A stretch of 63,957 nucleotides of DNA, counting the filler, from Octopus bimaculoides (Eukaryota): assembly GCF_001194135.2 (NCBI RefSeq). It is 7 parts of 7 records of this genome, joined end to end, with 100 filler letters (N's around TTAATTAATTAA, not from the genome) between each part and the next. Parts side by side here need not be neighbours in the genome. Positions count along the whole stretch, not along the records: positions 1 to 14,693 come from NC_068986.1; 6 more parts are not named here. One strand, written 5' to 3'. Both the position numbers and the translations under genes were made by a program. The notes below the pieces were generated by a model that saw only the letters and a list, made by a program, of their open reading frames with translations, did not search any database and was not told the origin of the DNA. Shown piece after piece: positions 1 to 13,473 of the stretch. Position 1 is the stretch's first letter, and each line of letters starts with the position of its first letter.

Positions 1-184
1 CTCAAATTTTAAAGCAAACACAATTTTCTTATGGTTTCTTAAACATTCACTTGAACAAAACTGTACAAATCCAAATATATGGTACCCTAGGCATAACACC
101 TACATGAACTTCTAACTTGTTGTCTCTTGAGGTCTCTGGGTGAGACTTGGATCCAACTTGTACAAATGCAAAACAAAAGTCAAA

Positions 185-300
185 CATAAAATAATAATAA
201 TAATAATAATGATAATAATAATAATAATGATGATGATAATGATGTTGATGGTGATGATGATGATGATGATGATGATGATAATAATAATAATGATGAAATT
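185..300. repeat. (ATA)n/(GAT)n trinucleotide microsatellite
   Basis: Directly visible; explains the poly-Ile ORF 112..366. Confidence 0.95.
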
Positions 301-316
301 ATAAAATAGCAAAGGA

Positions 317-1005
317 AAGAACTGAGGAAAATGGATACGAAGACATGAAAATTGTTGACAGTGCACCGAGTCTGGACCCTAAGAGTGACACCGATAGGCT
401 GTATGTGTCGAGAAGAAAGGGTCGGAGAGGCTTAATAAATTGCTAGGATTGTATCGAAGCAGAGGAAAACAACTTAGCATGGTATGTCAAAAAATACTGT
501 GGAACCATTGTTGAAAATGATAATACAAAAATGCTATGGTATTTTATGATTCAGTGCGACCATGAGATAGAGCATAGGAAACCAGATATAGTGATATTTG
601 AGAAAGAAAGTAAACGATGCTGGATCATAGATATATCATGCTCAGCTGACAAGATATGCAATAAATGAGAAATAAAAGACGATATATATATGACAGGCTA
701 CCGTGAGAGCTTAAGCAGTTGTGGTCGATGAACATGGCGGTAGTAGTACCAAAAGTTGTCGGGGCCTTGGGAGCAGTAAGTAAAAATCTTGAGAAATAAA
801 TCGAACAAATACGGGCTGCAATAAGGATGTAGCACTTGCAGAAAAGAGCACTGCTTGGAACTGCTCGAATACTCCGGATCGTGTTTGAAAAATAAGGGAT
901 ATTACCTTAGTTCACAGGTAATGGAACAGCTGACACTGTAATACATCTCCAACGTTAGAAGCAGTGCAAAGACAATAAATACTAAGAATAATAATGATAA
1001 TAATA
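317..1005 (+). mobile_element. R4/Dong-like RLE non-LTR retrotransposon, decayed 3' fragment with internal deletion
   Basis: Hand translation gives ELRKMDTKT*KLLTVHR / KSDTDRLYVSRRKGRRGL (RT thumb motif), then FMIQCDHEIEHRKPDIVIFEKESKRCWIIDISC (PD..D restriction-like endonuclease) and LQKRALLGTARILR. The CCHC finger is missing. AAT-type tail at ~985-1005. Confidence 0.85.
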
Positions 1006-2333
1006 AATCGTCATAGGCACGGTGTTCTGTAAGAATCTATACGATGTGTTGCATATTTATTCTGCGGCGGATTTGAATGTCAATATGATAATTGCTGTTG
1101 AGTTTCATCACAGGAGAACAGCTTATGCTTTACGACAAATATGTATGCATAATAATATCAATTAATCAGTGCAAGAAGCTCTGGGATAGTCGGTGTTTCG
1201 AAACCATTGTCTCGTCAGACGAACTAATGAAACAGGTAGGAATCTAATAAGTTTAATACTAATACGTATACATATACACACTCAAGACATATATATACTC
1301 ACAAATACACACATATATGCACGCAAATATATACATACAAATAAATAGACAGATAGAAATAGGAACGGATAGGTAGATAGATGGATTGATAGATATAAAC
1401 TTGCAATTGTATAAATAATACGAAGATAATATACTACCATGTGTGTATGTATGTATATATGTATATGTGTGTGTGTGTGTGTGTGTTTGTGGATATACGT
1501 TTGCATACGGATAAATAAATATTGACACACTTTTACGCAAAGGTATACACACAGATATAAATACAAGCTGATGTATACGTTTTATGCGAACTTTAGTGTG
1601 TTTGTGTGTATCTAATATCAAAATAAAACTGGAAATTCATTTGTAAATTATTATAATTGCATTATAAATTACTCAATTTTTACACGTTTCACGAACGTAT
1701 ACTAATATGGTATGCTATGTGGTAATAGTTACAAAGAATGTTGCACAATCACTATACACACCAGGTCACCAAAATAAAGCAGCAATGCATAGTTAATTGC
1801 CAGCGTTATTTAGTATGCAGATACATATAAACGCTGCAAGTCAAAGACTTTGAACTTAGCAGATGTACGCTAATTTCCATAAACTTAGATTATATAAATG
1901 ATATTACTTCATGCAACATAGTAATCTAGTTCTCCTATATTTACACATACTTAATTCCTACTCTCTGTTTTATCTTCAGCCCACACGATTTAAGTTTCAC
2001 TTTTCACCCTTTGGAACTAGATTTGACTCAATTAGATGCTATAAGTATAAAATCTTTTCTAACTCAATGTTCTGCCTCGTACCTCCTATGCTATATCGCT
2101 CTAGTAATGTTTTCTCCTTTAAAATGAACATTAAGCACCAGTTCAATTACACTCTACGATAAACTGTATCTATGTCCTCGCCATCAAAGTAAATTCACTT
2201 TGTAAAACTCATGTTATATAAACTTGACATCAACATTTTAAATAGCATTAACAAGATACTAATTTGCGACCTACCTGTCAGCACATGGATAGATATACGA
2301 ATACATGTCATTGTATGTATACTTGTGTGTGTG

Positions 2334-2376
<43 letters not shown>

Positions 2377-2530
2377 TTGTGTGTGTGTGCTTGTGGTGCT
2401 TTTATAACTGTACATACGTATAGTGCGTAGGTGTTCAGGAACACATACGTAAATATAAATACATATATAAATATTGTATACCTGTGCACAGGCGTATATA
2501 TTTACTCTTACTTATGTGCTTCAAGATATG

Positions 2531-2736
2531 TACAAGGGGCGCTGAAAAGATCCTGGCTTTAAGAGGCGTGGTTGGAGGCCCAACCTTCCGAGTTCTTTTA
2601 CAGGGCTTAAAATGACTGAAGGATCTCTGCAATAAGCGTGAATCTGAAATGGGAATATGTTGAATAAAATCCTAATTAATTGATCCTCTTGTATTTTCTT
2701 TTACTCAAAGGTAGGTATTTTCAGCACCCCTTCGTA
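2531..2736 (+). mobile_element. mariner-derived MITE (internally deleted)
   Basis: Imperfect TIRs TA-CAAGGGGCGCTGAAAA and TTTTCAGCACCCCTTCG-TA with TA flanks. The interior resembles a mariner C-terminus ending gaatatgttgaataa (EYVE*). Confidence 0.7.
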
Positions 2737-3185
2737 TATATTTTGATGCACAGAAATAAATATAAGTATTTACGCATGCGCACACGCGTGCATATTTATG
2801 TATGTTTATATTATAAATGTGTGCCTGTACACCTACGTGCTATACTTATGTACAGTTGTGCAAATCACACACACATATTGACATATGCAGATAAAATCAA
2901 TATGTATAGTTGGAGATCCTATATAAAGACAATATTATAAAGTCTCTTTCATTACTATATAATTTCTATCTCCGCATCAAGTTTTTGACTGTTTTCGTCC
3001 TTTCTTTTATTCCTGTCTCTTCTAAACTTTTTTTACTTTTAAATATTTTGTAACTGGAACCACCCACAAACCATGCCCAGTTGTTCTCAATTAGTCTCTT
3101 GGAAATTATAAGCTTCGATGTCATTCCGCTAAATCTAAAATTCCAAAACTCATATACGATTAAACACGCAATATATACATGCGTG

Positions 3186-3224
<39 letters not shown>

Positions 3225-3299
3225 GGATTTATATATATGTATATCTATATACATACACATATACATATACATATCTATAAATACACACACATACACATA

Positions 3300-4511
3300 T
3301 TCAGTTATTTCACATGAAATGTTGTATTTGAAAGGTAACAATAAAGTGTTAAAGAACTGATTTATTTAATCAAAGTATGATCGATATTCATTTATGAGGT
3401 TTGCCCAACGTTTCCCTATATCATATATTCCATCTTTAAAAAAAAATTCATCTTTTGCTGTGATAAACTGTCCGAATGGTTCTACTACCTCTTCTCTATT
3501 TAAGAATGTTTTATTGCATATGAAAAGCTCAAAATGCTTAAAAAAGCGATGATAAGTAGGACAGATATTAGCGGAATAGGGAGAATGTTGCAGTATCTCA
3601 TAATCCAGGCTTTGCAACTTTAGAACCGTAGGTTGATAAGCAAAGCTGGGCCATCTTTATTCACTAGTCTGGGTTGCTTCCTTTTCAAATTTTGTTGCAT
3701 ACAATCAATTTCCTAGCAATGTGATGTCGCTGTTACCGTTTTTCCTTGTTGCAAAAACGAATAATGAATAACGCCCTTCGCAGAGCACCATACAGTAACC
3801 ACTAACTTTTATGGTGCAATGGTGGGTTTGGGTAGTGTTTAGGTGACTCTCCTGCATCTAATCACTGTCCTGTTCACCTGCTGTTGTCAAAGAGTGTCCA
3901 CTTCTCATCACAAATAATGATTTGATGCAAAAACAGTCTTTTTCCTGTAGAGAAATCAATAAGGATCACACTTCGAGGCGCCTGCTTTGTTGTTTTTTAA
4001 ATCTCGTTCAGTTCATGTGGAACAAACCTATCTTTTTTCTTGACTTTTCCAATTGTTTACAGTTGTTCAAAAGCAATTCTGCGAGATGTTTGGAGATTTG
4101 ATGAAAGTTTTCGAACCTCTGTTCTCAGACATTGTTCAACCAAAGCATTTAATCCATCATGCCGAATATGGCTTACCCCTTGGTTTATTTTCAAAGCTAT
4201 AATCTCCTGAACGAGAGCTTTGGAACCATCTCTGAACAGTTCTGATGTCAACAAAACCATTATCAAAACCCTGTTGACATTCCGTAGAGCTTCTGTGACA
4301 GAGTGACCCAGTTCGTACTCAAATGAGAAAATCACTCATCATAGCTTGATTGTTATCATTTTCATAAGGTCTGTGTGTACGAATTTTCTATACGGATATT
4401 GTTGGCAAAGAAAAAGCGTCAAGATTAAAGGCAAGGTATACATAATTGACTTTTTAATTGACCGAAATAACAAGTAATTAAAAATGCGACATTTCATGTG
4501 AAACAACCTAA
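3300..4511 (-). mobile_element. full-length decayed mariner (DD34D-type) transposon
   Basis: TIRs TTCAGTTATTTCACATGAAATGTTGTATTT (3300) and the reverse complement TTAGGTTGTTTCACATGAAATGTCGCATTT (ending 4511), both flanked by TA. Transposase pieces: IFSFEYELGHSVTEALRNVN (N-terminal HTH), IICDEKW, KLVVTVWCSAKGVIHY, HSPYSANICPTYHRFF...KRWANLINEYRSYFD. Frameshifted. Confidence 0.92.
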
Positions 4512-4669
4512 TATATATATATATATATATATAACAGCCGGGTATATGGGTTTGTATTTATGTATGTATGTATGTATGTATGTGAGTGGATTTATATGTT
4601 TTGTTTTATGTATGTGTTCTCATGCATATATTTGCATATCTAGACATGTTTTTTTAAATGTAAATGCTA

Positions 4670-5960
4670 AACGTTTGGAAAGTTTAACAGATTTTTTACT
4701 GTTCAAGTGATGGATTTGATCTGTAGTCTTCAAATTAGGTTTCTCCTTTCTGGTTTTGAGAAGCCTAATATCTCTAGATTGGTATTTAGGCAGTGTGTTA
4801 CATATCCCAATGCTCCAATAATTACAAGTATAAATCTGAACTTGTAATCTGGATAGATAACTGCAGATTTCTCAATAGTTCAGCGGAGGAATTCTCTTTT
4901 TTCACAACTAATTTCCTAAACTGTACACAATTTCTCTTCTCTATCCCAAATCATCATATCAGGTCTGTTCTGCTTACATTTTATAGAGGTTTTCACAGGG
5001 ACATTCCGCCATCTTATTTCTTTGTCATCGGGGTCATCCTTCCGACGGATTTCATTACAAAGTGTCCTAGCTGGCATTTTCGGACAACTTTTTATGATGT
5101 GGGTGATATCACAAATTCTGCATCCGTCGTCACATTTTACTGCTTTTCCTGCATTTCTGTCCTTCTTGTGCATCAGGTATTTGGTTGATATTTCCTGTCC
5201 CTTTTAGTAATCCAGCTATTGGTCCATGATAGACTGCTTTGATGGTCAATGTTACTATCATCTCGGAGCTTTTTACTAACTTATCTATGCATAGTCTTCT
5301 GTTCATATATGCTCATCCTTTCATCTCGTGATTCGTTGCGGTAGAGTCGTGCGACTTCTTTGGGCATGTATTTAAGGTTATCAGACAAGGAATGTTGCTC
5401 AAGGAGCTGCCTTCCAAGTTTTATGATGCTATCAGCCTCATGTATGCAAACTTAGTCAAGGGATGCACTTCGACACCTTGTGGTTAAAAAATGTTACCGA
5501 AGGGTTATGATACGACATTCAAAGGCATTTTGGATCAATGTTAAGCCTCTATCGCCTAGTTTTCGTTTTAGGTAGAGGCGTTCTACATCACTGTTTATGG
5601 GGAAATTATGCGTGCTTGTTAGTATTTTTCGGGTTTTCGTATCAATGGCTCGGATCTCATCAAGCGGTTAATCAAGCAGTCCAAACGTTGGTATTAGTAC
5701 TGGCATTGCAAACACATTGTGGGCCACTATCTTATTGAATGCAGAGAGTACTAAGGTCCAAATTTTCTTCATTCGGTTGTAATATTCTTTAGTGACACGT
5801 GTTTTGTTACAGGTGCCATTGTAAGATATGTTTTCATCCACTCCTAGATAGCTGCAACATTCCTCGTCAGATATAGTCTCTTAATTATTTTTCATTCATC
5901 ATTTGACACAATCGACTGCGTGCTTTGTTTTACGTGGACATGTAATACACTTGAGTCATA
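4670..5960 (-). mobile_element. RLE non-LTR retrotransposon (R4/Dong-like), 5'-truncated decayed copy 1
   Basis: DEECCSYLGVDEN (YLG motif), CRICDITHIIKSCPK (CCHC finger), KQNRPDMMIWDREEKLC (RLE). Homologous to 43620-45015. Confidence 0.85.
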
Positions 5961-6441
5961 AAATACACCCTGTGTGGTGGTTGAGTATTCTAATAGGTGT
6001 GGTGTATAATATAATTGTAGCAGTGTGTTTCTTCTTGGGTCGTTCTATTGTTTGTTCTGTCAGTCCGTTAGAATGCTATGATCTGTGTGTGCCCTGGAGA
6101 TTTATTTATTTAGTTTTCATTTGTGGAAGAAAATCTAAGTAAAGGTTTTATCATCGTCATTTTTTATCTGCACGCACATTCACTGTCTCTATGAAAAGAA
6201 ATTCATTTATTTATGTTTTTATCATAAACGGATGTGATGTATTGGCTAACCTTTACCTGAAACCCAAACTTTCGATTTATTGGTGCTATTTTGAACGTAG
6301 AACGGAGTTGCTTTCTATATTCCCTTTTAATTTCTTGATATCTTACTCTTGGACATTTACGACGGGTAGATCATTCATATGCTAGGTGTATATCGTAATT
6401 TTGTCTTGATATTACTTTATTTTTATTACTGTAACCGCATT

Positions 6442-6613
6442 AAGGTAGCGAGCAGGCATTTTGTCTCTGAGTTCAAATTCCGCCTAGGTCGACTTTGTCT
6501 TTCACCTATTTGGGGTCGATGAAATAAGTGCCAGTTACACATTGGAATTGATGTAATAGACTAGCCACTTCCTCCAAAATTCCAGGCCTTGTGCCTATAG
6601 TAGAAAGGATTAC
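6442..6613 (+). mobile_element. tRNA-derived SINE family A (tail type 1), partly deleted head
   Basis: B-box GAGTTCAAATTCC, central gtcgactttgtctttcacc...ggggtcgatgaaataag, tail ccttgtgcctatagtagaaaggatt; matches 7405, 53228. Confidence 0.85.
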
Positions 6614-7404
6614 TGTAGCCACATAGAACGGTTACGTGGGTTCTAAGTATTCTGTTATATTGTCAATACAAAATTTCCTTGTACACAGAAAGGGAAAACT
6701 TATTTCTCTAGTGCAGTACATAATGAGTTATTCTTGGATATTTGTATACATTATTTCGTGCAATTTCTTTCGAAACCTATAATCATTGAAACTTTGGCAA
6801 ACTGATTCTCTTCGTTTAAGATGGGAATGCCGCCTTTTCAGTAATATGTTCTAGAAAAAAAAATCGAAAGATGTCACACTGTATTACACTGTTTGATGAT
6901 AATATCTAAATGTCAAGTTATGAAAATCAGTTAGATTGTATATTTAGATTGTATAGTTAGATTTGTATATATCAGTTAGATTTGTATATTTACACACACA
7001 AAATGCTCACCTGACTGATGTATAAATTTAACAGACAAAATTAAAACTCTGATAATAATCTACACACAAATCACATAACGTACGCTAACATTCTCACATC
7101 TTGAAAATGGTACAATAAAAGTCTAGAAATGTTCATAATAGATTTTGGATCCTTATTAGTTCAAAAAAATTGCAATGAACTCATACGAAAATATAAAATA
7201 AAAGATTTGACAAAATAGATAAAACTAGAACTCAGTATATGGTTAAAAGTATTGTTAGCTTCTCATATATTTCGAACCAGGGTAAGTCATTATAAAGTAA
7301 TGCTTTTATATTGTCGATATGAATGAATCCAGATTGAATGGGGCTAGAATATCCACTACATTGACAATATCGGAGCAGCCAACACCACTAGATACACTGA
7401 TTTC

Positions 7405-7612
7405 AAATGTTGGCACAAGGCCGGCAATTTCGGCGAGTAGGTAAGTTGATTACATCGACCTTAGTACTCATCTGGAACTTATTCTATCGATCCTGAAAGG
7501 ATGAAAGGCAAACTCGACTTCGGCGGCATTTGAACTCCGAACGTAAAGACGGATGAAATGCCGTTAAGCATTATGCCCGGGGTTATAACGATTCTACTAG
7601 TTCGCCGCCTTA
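7405..7612 (-). mobile_element. SINE family A
   Basis: Reverse complement of the family A head (ggcggcgaactagtagaatcgtt...gagttcaaatgccgcc), central domain and tail. Confidence 0.85.
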
Positions 7613-7711
7613 GCACCTTAGATATACTGAAAGGAATATCCACAATTCTTCTAACATTGTTCACAAATGTTACCTTTGTTTTGTGTTTTCTGAAGCAATA
7701 CACCACATTGT

Positions 7712-8190
7712 ATCAGGATGTCCTTTACAAGCTCTAGCAAAGTAGAATTGAATACAACACCATGTTGTAACAAAGACATTCTACATACTCATAAACTTAT
7801 CTTGAAGGAAAAGCTCCACTTGTGTTAGGAAAGGACAATGGGGTAATATTGTGGAACTCTAGCTTGGAGACTGACTTAGGAAACCACAAAATAATCCAAT
7901 ATCGTTTTCCAAGTCAAGATGTACAGCAGTATATTATTTACCGACGTTGCTATACGAAATCACTATAATGTTGCGTAGAAGTTAGCTGAAAACTAAGAAA
8001 CTATAGCGACCTAACTAATAAACTAAAAGCGTAATGGTACTTAAAGAATGTGAAATCGGTACAAGTGGCGTAATGCACAACAACCACCGTGAATTCTTGG
8101 ACAAAGATAGACATAGGCACATTCCCGAAAATAGGAATACTAGGATCTCAAAATACTGTTAGGGTGTTCTCACATAGCATTTGTTAACCC
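7712..8190 (+). mobile_element. highly decayed RLE LINE 3' fragment
   Basis: SGCPL, VILWNSSLETD, TDVAIRNHYNVA, YSDLTNKLKA*W and ILGSQNTVR remnants in RLE order, followed by an AAT-rich tail. Confidence 0.55.
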
Positions 8191-8675
8191 CGAACATTTT
8201 TATGTGTGTTTTCTAAGATGTTCCTAATTATTTTAGAAGAAAACCTTGATGTATATTTTCAAAACATGAATAATAAGAATAACAATAACAAAAATGATGT
8301 TAATAGCATTACTTGTATTGATAATAGGGCTGATGTTCATGTTGATGATAGAGGAGGGGGGGTTGATGAAGATGATGAAGTGGAATATACAAAGTAAATT
8401 GAAAATATAAATTGGAAACTTGTACAAAAAAAGAAACTAAGAAAAACTATTGAAACAACCATAACAAAAAAGTTCCAAAGAGAAAAACATATAAAAGGGA
8501 GAGAGAACATGCTATTATTATTGTTACTAATAGCATAATTACTGTGATGACGACAAAAACAAAGGAAAAACGAACAATTGTGGTTGTGATTATTGTTATT
8601 TATACCATTATAACTGTTGTTGCGGTTTATTGTTCTTATGCGTTTTGTCTATTTTTGTCTTTTCTAACTTTTCTC

Positions 8676-8729
<54 letters not shown>

Positions 8730-9684
8730 CCCTTACATACACACACATGCACACACATACACAGACACACGCAGTACGTAAGTATGTCCGTATAATGAAA
8801 AATAGGTTTTGGCAACAAGTTATTAGGGAAGAGTGTTAACAGAATTAACAACAGAGAGCGCTGGCGTCATAACAAGCAATGCACAGGGCACCAATCTTTA
8901 CGTCAAAGATATTTATCCTTGGTGAAACACTTCATTTGTCGTTCTATATATTTCTCTGGCTCCAAAACAATAAAAGAGGAAAATAGAATGTCCCTCAACA
9001 AAATAAATGAATATATATGTGTATACATATATGTATATATATATATATNNNNNNNNNNNNNNNNNNNNNNNNNNNNNNNNNNNNNNNNNNNNNNNNNNNN
9101 NNNNNNNNNNNNNNNNNNNNNNNNNNNNNNNNNNNNNNNNNNNNNNNNNNNNNNNNNNNNNNNNNNNNNNNNNNNNNNNNNNNNNNNNNNNNNNNNNNNN
9201 NNNNNNNNNNNNNNNNNNNNNNNNNNNNNNNNNNNNNNNNNNNNNNNNNNNNNNNNNNNNNNNNNNNNNNNNNNNNNNNNNNNNNNNNNNNNNNNNNNNN
9301 NNNNNNNNNNNNNNNNNNNNNNNNNNNNNNNNNNNNNNNNNNNNNNNNNNNNNNNNNNNNNNNNNNNNNNNNNNNNNNNNNNNNNNNNNNNNNNNNNNNN
9401 NNNNNNNNNNNNNNNNNNNNNNNNNNNNNNNNNNNNNNNNNNNNNNNNNNNNNNNNNNNNNNNNNNNNNNNNNNNNNNNNNNNNNNNNNNNNNNNNNNNN
9501 NNNNNNNNNNNNNNNNNNNNNNNNNNNNNNNNNNNNNNNNNNNNNNNNNNNNNNNNNNNNNNNNNNNNNNNNNNNNNNNNNNNNNNNNNNNNNNNNNNNN
9601 NNNNNNNNNNNNNNNNNNNNNNNNNNNNNNNNNNNNNNNNNNNNNNNNNNNNNNNNNNNNNNNNNNNNNNNNNNNNNNNNNNNN

Positions 9685-9742
<58 letters not shown>

Positions 9743-10248
9743 TATATATATATATATATACATACATACTTATATATACATACATATACACACACACATG
9801 CATATATACCCTTATCTATTGTTTTGTCTCACATGTCGTCAATGTAATAATTTTATTTATTTTTCCTCTTGACATTTTGCTTTCCGATATTCTTCTTCGT
9901 GTTCTTAGAATTGCTAACATACATACATACATACATACATACATACATACATACATACATGATTATAAACAAAGGCATACATATATACGTGCATGTGAAT
10001 GTGCGTGCGTGCATATGTGTGCGCATGCATGTGTGTATACATATGTACATTTAATTTTGGGCGAGAATAACTCCAAACACTTCGAAGACAAAACAGTGAC
10101 CAAAGCTTACAGGAAATGTCAAGGAATAAAAAGCAAATGGTCTCTGTGTGCATTATTCTTACAGACTGTGTGGCTTGTCACCGAAATATTGATAATTATA
10201 AGGCTAATTCAAATGATAATAATAAATCGGGTGTGGGAGGAATCCAAA

Positions 10249-10286
<38 letters not shown>

Positions 10287-10654
10287 ACGAGTATGCATCC
10301 GTGTGTGTCTGTTTGCGTGTGTGTGCTAAAAACCTGAAGAAAACACATTTATATTAGATGGCAAAACTTAGGCATATGACACCAAACGTTAATGCATTAG
10401 ATATGAGGCAAGATGAATCTGAAAAATCTGAAGAATATTAGGCCAGTCTTCATCACGAAAGAGATAAGTATATATATATGAAATTGAAAAAGAAACTTAT
10501 ACATACTTAAAACGGATGTATATATATGTGTGTGTTTGTGTGTGCGTGTGTGCGTGTGCGTGCATGTGTGCGTGTGTGTGCATGTTTGTATACATATGTA
10601 TATGTGTATATGTATATACATATGTGTGTGTGTATACATGTATGTATATCTACG

Positions 10655-10709
<55 letters not shown>

Positions 10710-10827
10710 CTTTCTATCATTATAAATACATATGTATGTGTGTATATATGTGTGTGTGTATGTACATATACATATATATATATGTATATATGTATATATA
10801 TATGTATATACATATATACATATATAC

Positions 10828-10859
<32 letters not shown>

Positions 10860-11583
10860 GTATACATATATATATATATATATATNNNNNNNNNNNNNNN
10901 NNNNNNNNNNNNNNNNNNNNNNNNNNNNNNNNNNNNNNNNNNNNNNNNNNNNNNNNNNNNNNNNNNNNNNNNNNNNNNNNNNNNNNNNNNNNNNNNNNNN
11001 NNNNNNNNNNNNNNNNACATATATATATATATATATGTACATATATAAACATACTAATTAATATTTATATATATACACATACACAATTAAGAGAATATTT
11101 CTGTGTGAGTTTGAGTGTATTTGCTTGCGCTGTACATAGGTTTTGGTGTTCTGTATATGTATGTTTAGGAGGTTTGTGTGTTGTATATGCATGTTGATGA
11201 GTTTTTGCGAATGTACATAACTAAAACCCAAGATACACAATTTGGAATCTTGTTTTGACATTTGACAAAGTACAAATCAAAAGAAGTAAAGAGGTTTTAA
11301 AAAAGCGTGGGGGTGGGGGGAAAACGCTCGTGAAAGGAACGAAGCTAGAATTTATAAATAACGGATATAGTAGCACAAATGATGTATAGGCATGTGTCAT
11401 GCGTGATAGGGTCGAAATTTATATACGCGAAAGAAGACACGTAAACAAGGAGTTACGCACACACACAGACGTAAACAATGTCTAGCAAAGACAGGCAGGC
11501 AAACACAAATCTATGCGATATACATATATATACATGAATGTGTGTCTGTGTGCGTGTGTGTTGTTATATTCAAATATGTGTGC

Positions 11584-11633
<50 letters not shown>

Positions 11634-11648
11634 CCTCTCTTTTTCACT

Positions 11649-11679
<31 letters not shown>

Positions 11680-12295
11680 NNNNNNNNNNNNNNNNNNNNN
11701 NNNNNNNNNNNNNNNNNNNNNNNNNNNNNNNNNNNNNNNNNNNNNNNNNNNNNNNNNNNNNNNNNNNNNNNNNNNNNNNNNNNNNNNNNNNNNNNNNNNN
11801 NNNNNNNNNNNNNNNNNNNNNNNNNNNNNNNNNNNNNNNNNNNNNNNNNNNNNNNNNNNNNNNNNNNNNNNNNNNNNNNNNNNNNNNNNNNNNNNNNNNN
11901 NNNNNNNNNNNNNNNNNNNNNNNNNNNNNNNNNNNNNNNNNNNNNNNNNNNNNNNNNNNNNNNNNNNNNNNNNNNNNNNNNNNNNNNNNNNNNNNNNNNN
12001 NNNNNNNNNNNNNNNNNNNNACACACACACATACAACCTCAGACAAGCATGTTTGTTATGAACGATATCTTACATGTTATAGTGCTTGCCACTTTTTAAC
12101 ATATTTCCCCAGATATGCGAAATTGTGGATAAAACGTGATATTTTCACTATGAAGGAAAAACAATGAATTTACTAAACAATTTTATAACTCTGAAGAGGT
12201 GTTTTCTTGTGACATGTAAGATATAAACTTTTAACATATATATATATATATATATATATGCTCATATGTGGGCATAATAATATATACATACATAC

Positions 12296-12580
12296 GTGGA
12301 GCACCACCTCTAGTCGAACAAATCGACCCCAAGACTTATTCTTTGTAAGCCTAGTACTTATTCTATCGGTGTCGTTTGCTGACCCGCTAAGTTCCGGGCA
12401 CGTAAACACACCACCACTGGATGTCAAGCGATTGTGGTGGTACAAACACATACACACAAACATATGCATATATGTACGACGGGCTTCTTTCTGCTGGTTA
12501 GCTCGAGGCTATAGTAGAAAACACTTGTCCAAGGTGCCACGCAGTCGGACTGAACCTGGAACCATGTGGTTGGTAAGCAA
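12296..12580 (-). mobile_element. tRNA-derived CORE-like SINE family B
   Basis: Reverse complement of ccaaccacatggttccaggttcagtcc..gtggcaccttggacaagtg...aagcccgtcg...gtgtttacgtgccc...aagtactaggcttacaaag; many copies in the window. Confidence 0.88.
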
Positions 12581-12858
12581 GAACAGACAAAATATTAGTA
12601 CTCAACTCCTGTTCTATGCGCGGTGTTAAATAATAGATGGTTTCACCTAAGCCATGATTCAAAGTTTAGTAGCCGTAGACTAACAACTACATCGTATGTA
12701 CATGTCAGAGTAGGATGAATTTGAAAACAGGGCTCCAAAGTTACAGTACGTGTAGGACTCCGTGAATCAATAAAAAGCAACATAATAAATAACTGGGTAC
12801 ACATATATTCATACACACATGCCTACATACATTCTTACGTACACACACACACACGCAG

Positions 12859-12890
<32 letters not shown>

Positions 12891-13473
12891 ACACGCACAC
12901 ATTATTATCGTTGTCTATGGCTGGTCAGAAAATTACCATTTGTTTCACGTCTATTAATTGCCATATATGTTGATTAATTTCATAACATTGCGTCTCTCTG
13001 AAATCTTAAAGTAGGACCTGTTGATATTAAGTCGCAACTTAAATGGATTCTTCGTTGCTCCAATATATTTCCCTGTATGTATCCCTTATTTGGGAGTACA
13101 GCTGTTGTTGCTGCTACTGTCAGACACAACCTCTGCCTCATAGTACTCGGCTTCGGAGTTGCATCCGCTGCCTACTGGATATATATGCATACACACATGA
13201 GCACCTCTCTGTCTCTGTGTGCAGCCCAATTGTTATGGTATTGACCTCAGGTTTGTAAGTTCTTTGCCTAGAACTGGACACTATATTAAAACACTGTCCT
13301 CAAGTGATACTGATTATCTTGCACGTTTGCCCACTCTCTCCTTGCTCTCACATGCTCAATGTCTTGCTAGTTTTAACGGTAGAAATTGGCTCAGAAGGCA
13401 CCTAAAACAATTTACGAAAGTATGAGAATTGCTAATAAAAATCAGAAGAGATAAATATTTTTCTAATACAACA

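Noticed and set aside
8903-12167. Long ORFs (up to 440 aa) in the ORF track; similar ones at 42589-43673, 45030-46048 and 54361-54928
   Set aside because: They run through N gaps and (TA)n/(CA)n microsatellites; there is no coding content.
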